From contig NW_024704742.1 in the NCBI RefSeq assembly GCF_018977255.1, positions 117,430,001 through 117,494,000 on the forward strand: a stretch of 64,000 nt of DNA, in the 5' to 3' direction. A model generated the notes under the pieces. That model made no database searches. It saw nothing but the letters and a program-made list of their open reading frames with translations, and was not told the DNA's origin. Numbering within the stretch: position 1 is the stretch's first letter; every line of letters begins with the position of its first letter. Origin of the DNA: Callorhinchus milii. Lineage: Eukaryota. A program made the position numbers and the translations under genes. Positions 12,655 to 24,699 of the stretch are shown piece after piece.

Positions 12655-13859
12655 GTAACTCATCAAAGGCAGTAGCCCCTCCTAGAAGCTTTGGAGGTAT
12701 TATTCAACTCTCTGAATATATTGATCTTGCACTTATCGAAGGTGAAGATTCAGGTCAGTTCAGCGGAAGTGGATCGAAAGATGCTCCTGGAATTGATTCT
12801 GATGAAAATAAAGTCATGGATTCTGTCAAAGACTCGAAGAAACCCAATCTACATTATGTGGCTATTTCGAAGATAACAGGACAATATCTAACCGGGCCAT
12901 GGATGACCATATTTATTCCTTCAATTTATACAGCTGTTATTGCAATGAGTTTGCCTCTCAATTGCTTAGCAATCTTACTGTTCCTGTTTAAACTGAAATT
13001 GAAAACCCCGTCCGTAATCTTCATGGTGAATTTGGCTATTGCAGATTTACTATTTGTGCTGTTGCTTCCCCTAAAAATCTCCTACCATTTCTCTGGCAAT
13101 GACTGGGGATTTGGTTCTTTCACGTGCCGAATGGTTACTGGTGGATTTTATGCTTACATGTACTGCTCTGTGCTGCTGATGATGTGCATAAGTGTTGATC
13201 GATTTTTTGCTGTGGTTTATCCAATACGCTCAGTCTCATGGCGTAGCCCTAAACGTGCTAGTGTACTTTGCATTGTCATGTGGGTTCTGGCTATCACTGG
13301 TGCGTTACCCCTTTTCCTTTCTGAACAAATGGTGTATATCAGCAAACTGAACATTACAACCTGCCATGATGTGCTACCTCTCTCTACGCTACAAAACCAC
13401 TCACTGTACTACTTTCCCATCTTGTGTACGCTGTTCTTTGTACTTCCCCTCATTGTGACCTCAATCTGCTACATATCCATTATCCTTACTCTTTCCTCTT
13501 CAAGTCTGTCGACCAAATGCAAAAAAACTCGTGCCATCGGTTTGGCTGTGATTGTGCTTTTTGTGTTTATTGTCTGTTTTGCACCAACTAATATTCTTCT
13601 ACTTATACACTACTTGCACTTTTATCACAGTGCAAGTGACTCAATGTATTTTGCTTATCTCCTGTGCCTGTGCATCGGGAGTGTGAGCTCTTGCATTGAC
13701 CCTCTGATTTATTATTACGCCTCATCTTTGTGCCAAAAGCATTTGCAGAGTCTGCAGTGCTGTGGGCAAGCAACTGAATCTGGGAGTAGTCAGACAGAAT
13801 GCAAGAACAGTAAAACAGGGAGCTCCACTGATACTGTCTCCCAGAAATTACTTATCTAA
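12655..13859 (+). CDS. F2R: PAR1-like paralogue B, coding exon 2 (spliced product about 423 aa)
   Basis: Acceptor tttttgtttctcag| at 12654/12655. Cleavage site APPR/SFGGII followed by an acidic stretch. Same PAR1 7TM motifs as copy A. Lies directly upstream of F2RL1, as F2R does in other vertebrates. Confidence 0.88.
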
Positions 13860-15989
13860 ATTGATTACATTGCCACTTACTGAATTAGTATTCTTTATTT
13901 AATGACATTACGATATAGATTTCACAATTCTGTGACAATATCATCTTATTGTATACCTTCATTGCACAGAGTTATTCTACATCCATATAATACCTTAACT
14001 TTACCTGTGAGAAAAGAACAATCCCTGCATTTAAGTTTAAATTATTTTCTTCAAGTAACATTTATTTTCTTCATAGAGTATATCTCATTATGTGTTGTTT
14101 GACTTTTGAGTACGTCCAGACCCACATTGGCAACAGAAATTCCAAGTCTTGATGTAATTGTATTTAAAGTGACTTTAACCCCTGCCCTGAACTTCAGTAT
14201 TATGCATTCCATAAATGCCTTTTCTTGCCATGTTCGTCCAGTCAATGGGTCTGGTTACCTTGAGTTTAGAACATAAACATTAATGTGTTGGATAGTGTAG
14301 TTCCTTTTTTGCTTACTTTGCTTCTAAAATACTTAGCAAAATGTTAAGATTACAGTTGACTGCAATTTCAAAATTGTAAATGTAATTGGCTGGCTCCAAT
14401 TCCATTCTTTCTTCACTTTCTTTTGTCATATTTAGGGCTGGCTCTGATTGTTATAATAACTAGTAGATGGAATTTCATACTCTAAATGAAAAAAATATAT
14501 TTGCAAAGTTGTAGTTAGCAATAGTTAAAGAAGTCAAGCATATTTCTGGTAGAAACCAATCTCATTTATTCATACATAGCACAAACTCAATGAAGAAGAC
14601 ATTTTACAATACTACATAGCATTGTTAAGGGTTTACTGCAACCCAGATTTCAACTGTGTCCAAGCTTCATACGTTATTTTCAATTTACAAAAATTGTTTC
14701 CAATAACATTCTTAAATATTAACATGAAATATTAATATGCTCTGTAAAACCTCTGAACCATCTGGTTAACCATCTGAATATTATTATTCTATTTGATAAG
14801 CAAGAATGTTAATCCATGTGTGTTTGTTGGATATTATATACTATGTCTATGTAACACTAAAATTTGTTGATGCTCCATGCATTTCCTATTGATGGACAAA
14901 ACTCTAAAGGCTCATTTAATAAGATATGTGAAGTAATTTATGTGTTACTTTGCTTTCCGCTTATTTTACACAGTATATAAGATTGTAACCAGATTATGTT
15001 TAAGTGTGTTTCATCAATTATTGCATACATGTAGCATTCTTAGATTTCAAAAAAATTTAGAAATTCAGGCTAATGATATTAAAAATGATTTTATTACTTC
15101 AAACCATTCCACGATTGCTCCTCCAGTTACTCAAATAAACGGCCCCCCGAGGGGGAAAGTTTTAGAAGATTGTTTCCAGGTTTGTAAAGAACATAAATAC
15201 TGCATACTTTATAAGGTTATATAATAGGAGAATGATAAGAGTACATATTAGCAATTCTGCTGCATTGGCGAAAAGGGAATCTGGAGGCGATTTTCGGGGC
15301 TTTTTTAATCATGAATGTAAAAGCAATTTGTTCCAACACAAAGCTGCTCAGTATTTTTGTAAAAATCATATTTAATTTGTGAGGTAAAAGGGAAATTCCA
15401 TCCACAAGGGTTTTACGCAGCAAAGATAAGAGAATATATACTGTTTCACTGCAAATAAGATTTGTTAAAACTAAAAATACAAGTTAAAGTGGAAACTATT
15501 GAGGTTAAACAATCCTGCCCAGGAAGTGATTAATTTCCTTCTCCCCAATCCAAATAAATAGCTAAGTCTCTTACTATACTTAAGGAAAACCTCCAGCAGC
15601 TAATAACTATTATGAAAATACAGCTCTAACTCTTATCGCTACGGATAATCGGTTTTAAACTCTGGCGACTTATCTTTCAAAAGGACATTGATGGATTAGA
15701 AGGAATTTGGAGAACAGCAACAAAGATAATTCCTGGATAAGATGCTGTAAATTTATAGAATTCAATTTGATTTCATTAGTGGAAAGAGGTACAAGGTTTT
15801 TAACCCCTAGGACATCTCTAAGACGAAAACCTATTTGGATTTATCTGTGAGTTATCTATCTCATCAGAGGGGGCCAAGCACTAAATATCACAGCAAATAC
15901 ATCAGAAGACTGATCCGGGCAACTCCATCACACAATTGGGTCAAAGAGTACAATACAATGTAGGTTTACGAGGCTGGCAGGTTACTGCT

Positions 15990-16460
15990 ATCAGGATAGA
16001 CTGGATAGGTTGGACATTTTTTTGCTAGAAAAGAGATGTTTAAGGGGGAACATAACAGAAGTGTTTAAAATTATAAAAGGGTTTGATAAGGTTAACATAA
16101 ATAGGCCATTTCCACTGGTTGGGGAGTCCATAACCATGGGACACAAATAGAACACCAGCTTGCACTTATATAGCATCCTCCACACAGGGTAGCATCTCGA
16201 GCGCTTAAAATATGAAAGGTACTGGGGATCAAAAAGAGAATTTTGGAGGAGAACTCATGCAGAGGGTAGTGAGATTGTGGAATTCGCTGCCTGAAGTGAC
16301 AGTTGAATTAAATAATGGGGAAGCTTTCAAGAGGAATGAAGGAGAGGGGAATAAAAAGGTATGGGAAGGAGTAAAGGAATGGGTGAAGACTCATGGAGTA
16401 TAAACATTGGCACAGATTGGTTGGGCCATGTGGCTTGTTTCCATGCTGTACATTCTTTGT
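15990..16460 (+). mobile_element. Old CR1 LINE 3' fragment, containing a short L2-type tail insertion near 16150-16205
   Basis: QRVVRLWNSLP motif and CR1-type 3' end. Confidence 0.7.
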
Positions 16461-17297
16461 GAATCTTTAATGACTTGATATTTCATTCACTGACTTAAAG
16501 AAAACTCGTGTTTGGAGCTGTTCTGTAGCTGATCAGGGCTAAGTTTTTATCAGTGAAGGACATAGCTCACAAATGGAGATCAAATGTATAGAAACAGAGA
16601 AATAAGCTATGATTTAAAAATAAATGAAGTAAATATTTGTAAAGTTATCAGCATAAGTAAGAAATTACGTGAAAGTTGAAAATAGTTCAAAGTCTTTTTT
16701 TCAAAACCTGATGCACAAGAAGATAACATTCTCTGCAGCTGGCAATTTAAGGATTAGGTGTTAAACTGGGTAGAATGATGTAGGTGGAAGCAGATCATTA
16801 ATTTGGGCTGTGTATTCGGAACTAGAAAATGCTTATATAAAATTAATAACCCGCTAAACTCTGTGTTTAATAACTGCTTCACGAAAGAGTGAAGTAAATA
16901 CCTAAGAAAAGTATGGTTTTAAGGATGAGATTTTTGGAGTTAATAAATAATAATAATTCTTGCATTTCACATCAGGTGAATGTCTCAAAGCACTTCACAG
17001 AATCTACTGATTACTGACTATGTATTTTGTAGGCGAATGCGGTAACAAATTTGAATTATCAATCAATTATTCCAGGAAATCCAATGAAAATATAATTTGT
17101 GGTAAGTTGCCAGGTAGGGTGGAACACAACAACATTACATTTGTATAGTGCCTTTCATGTCAGAAGGACGTCCCAAGGCGCTGGATAATCAGTCTAAACA
17201 AAGGGCAAAATACTGCAGATGCTGGAAATCTGAAACAAAAACAGAAGTTGCTGGGAACACTCAGCAGATCAGGCAGCATCTATGAAGAGAGTAAAGT

Positions 17298-17337
17298 GAG
17301 TCACCGTTTTGGGTCCATGACCCTTCGTCAAAACTAG
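17298..17337 (-). ncRNA. Decayed minimal hammerhead ribozyme in the Penelope terminal repeat
   Basis: agtt-TTGACGA-a-gggtc-atg-gaccc-AAAAC-ggt-gact: perfect stem II, core substitutions relative to CUGANGA/GAAA. Confidence 0.55.
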
Positions 17338-17744
17338 GGCATGTTGGGAGGGAGAGGCTTTTAAGGGCTAACAGAGAGGGGGAGGCAGGGCAAGGAAGAC
17401 AAAGGAGAAAATGGGGTAGAGGACAGGGGATAATGAGTTAAAGAGGTTTCAATGATGCAAAACAAAGGAGGGGATTACGACAAAGCGGGGGAATAGGGGT
17501 GTTAATACTGCAGAATAAAGCAGGGGAAGGATTACAACAAAATAGGCAGACTGGAGAGAAAAGGTGTGTCTGGGATCAAGATGACGGTCCCAGACACAGA
17601 AGAGGAGGGGGAAGGTGAGCTGTTATGGTCTGAAATTGTTGAATTCAATATTGAGGCCAGAGGGCTGTAAGGTCCCCAGCAGATAAATAAGGTGCTGTTG
17701 AGCTTGCACTGTGCCTCATTGGAACAGCGTTGGAGACCATGGGT

Positions 17745-18061
17745 GGTCCTGTAGCTCAGTGGTCAGAGCACTCGCTTTGCAAGCGAGAGACCTGAGTTCA
17801 ATTCCAGGCAGGTCAGAGCGAAACCTTGGGCAAGTTTCCTTACTCCACACGCCTAATAATAAAACCCTCCAAAACCAAAAACAATAATGAATTGGTCATT
17901 TTCAATCTACGACTGTTTGTGGGACATTGCTGTGCGCAATTGGCTGCCGCGTTCGCCCACAAATATACAGTCAATTCACTTTACAGTGTGTTCTGTAAAG
18001 CGCTTTGGGACGTCCTCCCGACGTGAAAAGCGCTATACCAAATGCAAGGATTATTATTATT
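17745..18061 (+). mobile_element. Young SINE inserted in the Penelope element; TSD ATGGGT(GG)
   Basis: SINE consensus; atgggtgg at 17739-17746 and 18062-18069. Confidence 0.9.
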
Positions 18062-18164
18062 ATGGGTGGAGAGGTCAGAGTGCGAGAGGGAGAGTTGAAG
18101 GGGCAAGAAACCGGAAGCTCAGGGTTGTGCTGGTGGACAAAAGCCTCGCCCTCCCAACATGCCC

Positions 18165-18203
18165 CATTTCTGACCAAGGGTTGTGGACCTGAAATGTTGA
18201 CTC
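18165..18203 (+). ncRNA. Decayed minimal hammerhead ribozyme in the second Penelope terminal repeat
   Basis: CTGACCA-agggttgtggacct-GAAAT-GTT-gact. Confidence 0.55.
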
Positions 18204-21165
18204 ACTTTCCTTTCTCCATAGATGCTGCCTAACCTGCCGAGTGTACCCAGCAACTTCTGTTTTTGTTTCAGATTTCCAGCATCTGCAGCATTTTGTGGCT
18301 GAATCAATGTTTCGGACCCAAGCTGGGGGTTGGGATTGGGGAGGGTGGAGGGCACGGGGGGAAGGAGGGTGATCAAAGACACGGACGAAGAGGACGGTCT
18401 TGAAGGAGGTAAAGGAGGTGGCAAGTGAGGGACAAATGGTAGAGATAGTGGCATTGTTGCAATGAATCTCCCACCCTGCCAATTGCCTCCTTCAGTCATC
18501 AAACCCTTCCCCATCTTGCATCATTTAATCTGCTTTCATTTAATCTTTTGTCAAAAATAAATATACAGATGTACATGGTATACACATGCAGCACTAAAAA
18601 CATGACTTAGGCAATAAGAAACTTCTGACCTAATCTATTAACGAGACAGCTTTACTGTCTACGCAGACACTGAACCCACATGACAGCATTTAGCAAGTTC
18701 CTAGAATCTATAAAGTATGAATTGCGTCACAATTGCATGATTTGCCTTCCTTGCTTAGCAGTTTGTGATTAAAGTATGTAAGTAGTTATACTCCCTCCAC
18801 ATTTTGAATCAAGCTACTAATGTATTTTTCTTTATTATTACTACTTAAAAGTGAAGGCCCAGGACAGGAGAAGTAAGTTCAATAAATTAAATTATATAGC
18901 GTGTAGTACACTTGTACAATTGTGCCTCTGGCTCTGTGCACAGAAGTATGTATTTGCACTTTCTGAAATCTGACCCAGATACATGTTTTAAGCCAACTTT
19001 ACATGCCTTATTCAAATCTAATTTCTGATAGGGTTGATTCAGCATGGACTTTGATAAGCACTGAGCAGCTCGATAAACATACAAAGTTCATTGCTAGTGG
19101 AGGGCTGAAGGGGAAGGAGCTCGGAGGACTCAAGGACATTTTTAAAGGAGTGAGGGGGAGCTTTCCGGGGATGGAACAGGGTAGTGCCTGGCTTGGAAGC
19201 AGGGAATTGAATACGAGAGATGAAGGCATGGTCTGAGATAGCATTGCCTTTCAATGGCTAAAGAACGTCTTGAAAGAAAACCTTACATTCCGGTTATTCC
19301 TCTTCTGAGTAAAATAAAGGCTGGCTCTTCAGATCTCATGTTCTTTCCACCTCCTGATCTAACACCCTGATCCCTGTGACTGATAAAGAGGTATTTTGAA
19401 AGAATTTGTTTGTAGGTTCTGGATATCACTTCGAAGAATTTAACTGTAAATATAAGAAAGGTCTTAGTATCCCAAACTAGGAGAATAATTTAGTTAGTTA
19501 GCCATGTTACATTGATTCTGATTGGCTTCACCCGAATTAGCAAATCCAGTTGATTAATGATTGAGAGAGTTAAACACAATAAACTGGATTATTTCATTTA
19601 CAATAAACGATCTGAATATGGATAGGTGCAACTCACAACTAACAGGAAGGGTGTGCAATACTGCAGTAAAATATGGTGCAATTCTATTTGGAGGATGCAG
19701 ACAGAACAGAATGATGTGAGTGGGGAGAAACGTATTGCAATATTTAAATTGCTTCTAATATGTTTGTAATAAGTTCTAGCAGATTTTTCTCTGGTAAAAC
19801 TTTTGTTAAAAATAAAACTTTGAAGTATGCTCAAAAGCAGAACTTTTCGAAGCATTATTACCCAATAAATGTCCTTGTTTTTTTTGATTATCTCAGAAGT
19901 TTTAAAGCAGTGAGACATGAATTGAATTCAATTTGCTGATGAATTTAAAATTATATTAACATTTTGGAAAAATCCCAGTAATTTATGTGAGTGAACAAGT
20001 CATACCATGTTTAAATGGTGAAAAGAACTCTTCCATAAACTGCAGTTGTTCAAGAAACTGTCAGCTATAAAAAATAAGCCACAATATATATAGTTACATG
20101 GATTTTCAAAAAACAATTGTCAAAATATCATGGCATATGTAATTAAGGGGAGTGTGGTCACCTAGATAGAGAAATGTGTTGGAGGGCAAAGAATAGGGAA
20201 GCTTAAAAAAAGTTTCTCAGACTAGGAAGATGCATTGGAAGGTAGTTTCTTCCAGTACTCTTTAGTTCCACCATTCATTGCTTCCAACTTCTCCAAACCT
20301 CCACCATCTGCATCCTCAGCCTCACCAAACGCTTCAGGTCCATCACACCAGTTCTCACCAGTCTCCACCTGGGAGTCTTCCTATCTCCCAGCAGATTGAT
20401 TTCAATGTCTTCACACTCACCTATAAATGATACTTCAGTATTTCAGCATCTCTCTTTCCCTACTTGTTTAATAGCTCCATCCGTTGCCAGCTCAGGCTCA
20501 CTGCACAGCTCCCGCCCTCTCTGCACCAGTATCGGTGGCTGAGCTTTCAGTATCTACACCACTAATCTCTGGAATTCTCTCCATCTCATCTCTCTCTATC
20601 TTTATTTATGTCAAGCCTTGAAACCTACTTCTCAGCTGCACCTACGGTCACCTCCCACTTTTCCTTCTTGGTGTCTGACTCCGCCTTTGTAAACACGACA
20701 AGATGTTATCCTACATGAAGGACGCTATATAAATGCAAGTTGTTGTTATTACTAGCTATCAAAAATCCATGTAAATTTGTCATTCACTTGAAGGAAAAGA
20801 TCAGTTGCTGGGGATTCTTCTGACTTGGGTCCCATTAAATAATTAACTTCACCCACAAAATATACAGTCAATTCACTTTACAGTATATTCTGTGAAGCAT
20901 TTGAGACATCCCAAAGATGTGATAAGGCGGTACATCAAATACAAGGATTATTATTATTAATAACCTTGTAAGATGAAGCCCTAACAAGTAAGGTTGAACA
21001 AGCAGCAGAAAGTTTGTAAGTGTTTGGACTAGTTAAACTCCAGCAGCACCACAATACACACTCTGGGCTCTCGAGTCCTTGAATTGTTTCCAACCTGCGA
21101 TTACATGAGGATGGTGCAGCCATCTGGGAAGAGTTCTCTCAATTACTAGACAAACAGAACCAAAC

Positions 21166-21468
21166 ATAATAATAATAATAATCCTTGCATTTGATATAGC
21201 GCTTTTCACGTCGGGAGGATGTCCCAAAGCGCTTCACAGAACACACTGTAAAGTGAATTGACTGTATATTTGTGGGCAAACGCGGCAGCCAATTGCGCAC
21301 AGCAATGTCCCACAAACAGTCGTAGATTGAATATGACCAATTAATTAGTGTTTTTGGTTTTGGAGGGATTATTATTAGGCTCTGTGTGGAGTAAGGAAAC
21401 TTGCCCAAGGTTTCGCCCTGACCTGGAAATGAACTCAGGTCTCTCACTTGCAAAGCGAGTGCTCTAAC
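21166..21468 (-). mobile_element. Young SINE, TSD aacata
   Basis: SINE consensus; aacata on both sides. Confidence 0.88.
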
Positions 21469-21849
21469 ATATTTGGAACTCTCAATAAATTTGGTTTGGA
21501 GATACCAATGGCATGATGCCAGGTTTCCATGGGTCTCTCACACCCAGCTGACCAAATAAAAGTGGAAGAAAAACACATTATTCAGCCTTAATAAGCTCAA
21601 TGCCTTTCTTTTGTGTGGGAAGATTGATTCATCAAACATGTGATTCATCAATCAGGCATCTCTTGGGGATTCTCTTTGCATCTATTTAAGCCTTTATGTC
21701 CAAGGGCAGCTGGACCTTCACATGAGGGAGAGGGGAATAAAGGTATTGGCGGGATTAAGGAATGGGGGCATACTCGTGTGGAGTGTAAACACCAGCATGG
21801 ACCTATGGTGCTGAGTGGTCTTTTCCATGCTGTACATTCTTTATAATAC

Positions 21850-22263
21850 TTTGTATCACACAGAGGATACAGTTCAAGATCCTGGTCCTCACCTTCAAAG
21901 CCATCCACGGTCTTGTTCCCCCCTATCTCTCCGACCTCCTAAACCCCTACCACCCTGTTCGCTCCCTCCGCTCAGAGCGCTCCGGCCTGCTTCATGTCCC
22001 CCGCTTTGCTCACCCCACCATTGGCGGGCATTCTGCACCCACACTCTGGAACTCCATCCCGCAGTCCCTCCATCACACCCCCTCCCCCACCACCTTCAAA
22101 ACCCTCCTCTTCGACCGTACTTTTGATTTCCCTGCTTCCCCCCCTGCCCTCCACCCTCCCCCACCCCGACCCCCAGCTCAAGTCTAACTCTGTCTGCCAG
22201 CGTCTTGGGACGTCCTCCCGACGTGAAGAGAGCTATACAAATGCAATTTTGTTGTTGGTGTTG
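21850..22263 (+). mobile_element. L2 3' fragment
   Basis: Matches the 3' end of other L2 copies; (TTG)n tail. Confidence 0.8.
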
Positions 22264-22361
22264 TGAGGAGACTTTCAATTACTGAAATATCTCAAACATA
22301 TTTTACCAACCAACAACAAAGCTTATTTGTGCACATCTTGTATAGGACTGAAGCATACTAT

Positions 22362-22670
22362 ATAATAATAAAATAATATAATAATCCTTGCATTTGATAT
22401 AGCCCTTATCACATCTTCGAGTCGTCTCAAAGTGCTTCACAGATTATACTGTAAAGTGAATTGATTGTATATTTTGTGTGCGAAATGCAGCACAGCAGTG
22501 TCCCACAAACAGTCATGGATTGAAGTGACCAATTTATTATTTTTATTAGTTTTTGAAAGAATTATTACCCCTGGAAAAACGATCTGCCAATCAACTAACA
22601 ACCGAGTTCCTACTTACTGCTAGGTAAACAGAGGCGTGTGGAGTAAGGAAACTTGCCCAACTTTTTGCCC
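22362..22670 (-). mobile_element. SINE, long form with extra internal domain, 5'-truncated
   Basis: Contains gcctctgtttacctagcagtaagtaggaac segment absent from the short form. Confidence 0.75.
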
Positions 22671-22779
22671 TATATATCTCAAAGCACTTCACAGGATATA
22701 TAAAGTGTAATGACTGTATATTTTCTAGGGATGCTGCTGGAGTTTAACCAGTTAAAATCTCACAGCAAACACTGACAAG

Positions 22780-23200
22780 CTTCCTGTGTGTCAGTCTAGT
22801 TCATTTGGGAACATTCTCACCTCTGAGTCAGATGGTGTTGGATTCAAACCTCATGTCAACAACAACAACTTGGATTTATATAACACCCTCCACGCTGGAC
22901 GGCATCTCAGAGCGCTTCATGGGACTTTAAACTGGAGATTGGTACTCCAATACAGTCCTGGCAGGGTGCTGCATTGTTGAAGGTACAGCCCTTTGGATGA
23001 GACATTAATCCAAGGTCCCATCTGGCTGTTCAAGTGGGTGTTAAAGATCCCATGGCACTATTCGAAAAGAGGAGAGTGTTTCCCAGTTTCCTAGCCAATA
23101 GTCCCCAGGATAAAAATTTAAACTTTATGACCGTTTGTGGAACTCTGCTGAGTGCAAATTGGCTGGAGAGTTTGCCTACAAAATGCATTCATTACTACAC
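22780..23200 (+). mobile_element. Old DeuSINE/SacSINE1-like relic
   Basis: gtgctgcattgttgaagg...ggatgagacattaa...aaagatcccatggcactattcgaa core. Confidence 0.65.
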
Positions 23201-24082
23201 TTAAGGGCGCCATAGCACTGTGCAATTGCCCGGGCCAGTCGGGCCCTGACCGTTCACAATGAGAGATTCTGCTTCTAACAATCTCTATGTCAAAAAATGT
23301 TTTCTAGTTTGGGAGTCGCCACTATAATACAGGTCAGGACAAAACCATTGTAGAGACCTTTATTTATTCTCAAGATGGTGCACAATACCTGGTTAACCTA
23401 GAAAGGCAGCTTTGTGGTTTTGCATTTTGTTAGAGACAAATCCTGACATTGTCAATTTATCCATTTGTAAAATGTGAACTCTCCCTTTTATGTTAATCTT
23501 CTTATAAAATTCCAAATAGTTTTTAAATGTTTGTTACGCCACACATATCTCTCAGAGGTCAAGATTAAATTGAAACAGTGATTGAAACAGCAGAAAACAG
23601 TACTCTAGCTGAAAAATAGTGGCTGTTCTCTCTGTGGGATAAGGAATCCAGCTTTTTATTCTCCATCAGAAGTAACTTCAATATAAAGCCAGATCCAGCC
23701 ATGTGAAACAACCGGCGCAATAATCACTCAAACAGACAACTTCACTGGGCAAGAAAACTCTGGGCTCCAATCACTAAGTTTGAACAATGGGAAAGACGCT
23801 GTTGTGGAGCTTCTCGCTGTCCGCGAATAACTTAAGGAATAGTCGCGACAAGTGGGCCCATGGGAAACTTTCTAATATGACTGTCAAGTGCCTCAGGACA
23901 TCCTCCTGACATGAAAGGTGCTATATAAATGTAAATCGCTATTGTAACTTAAAATAGAGAGATTGTCTAACCAGATAAACCGGAGAGAACAGGATTCTCT
24001 CACTCCAGGCAAACTGTTTCTCATTTAAGGATTTCAGATTTTCCTGGTCTGACGTAATTTGATCTCAACTTTATTAATCACT

Positions 24083-24405
24083 TAATAATAATAATAATCC
24101 TTGCATTTGATATAGCACTTTTCACGTCGGGAGGACGTCCCAAAGCGCTTCACAGAATGTACTGTAAAGTGAATTGACTGTATATTTGTGGGCGAACGCG
24201 GCAGCCAATTGCACACAGCAATGTCCCACAAACAGTCATAGATTGAAAATGACCAATTTATTATTGTTTTGTTTTGGAGGGATTATTATTAGGCTCTGTG
24301 TGGAGTAAGGAAACTTGCCCAAGGTTTCGCCCTGACCTGCCTGGAATTGAATTCGGGTCTCTCGCTTACAAAGCGAGTGCTCTAATCACCGAGCTACAAG
24401 ACTCC
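24083..24405 (-). mobile_element. Young SINE, full length, upstream of PAR2 promoter
   Basis: Reverse complement of the SINE consensus. Confidence 0.9.
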
Positions 24406-24699
24406 ACTTGACACCAGATTAAGTAGGTAGTATTTAGTATCATCGTCTAGTAAAATGTAGGGGCCTCAAACCGAGCCTTTGCTTTGGGCCCCTGAAAGGC
24501 AAACGCCGGCCTGACTACACTTGAAGCACTCGGCGACGTCCTCCTGACATGAACGGCGCTATATCAAATGCAAGAGTTATTAAATAGTTTCGCAGTCCAA
24601 TGTTTACCCCATTAGCCTCATTGCTCGCATGTGACTTGTTCTTGCTTCCTGCTGAGAGAAATGCAGCTCCCTCCAGTGCACCCTCCAGGGACCTGAGTG

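Larger units (their letters stand above)
17205..18296 (-). mobile_element. Penelope-like retroelement, 5'-truncated, about 158-bp inverted terminal repeats, interrupted by a SINE
   Basis: Minus-strand peptides HNPELPVSCPFNSP and QHLIYLLGTLQPSGLNIEFNNF resemble the GIY-YIG C-terminus; 17205-17362 is an imperfect reverse complement of 18139-18296. Confidence 0.75.

Noticed and set aside
23204..24515. GC-rich bits resembling hAT/MITE termini (..gggccctga, ..gccggcctga)
   Set aside because: Too short, same orientation, no paired TIR or TSD
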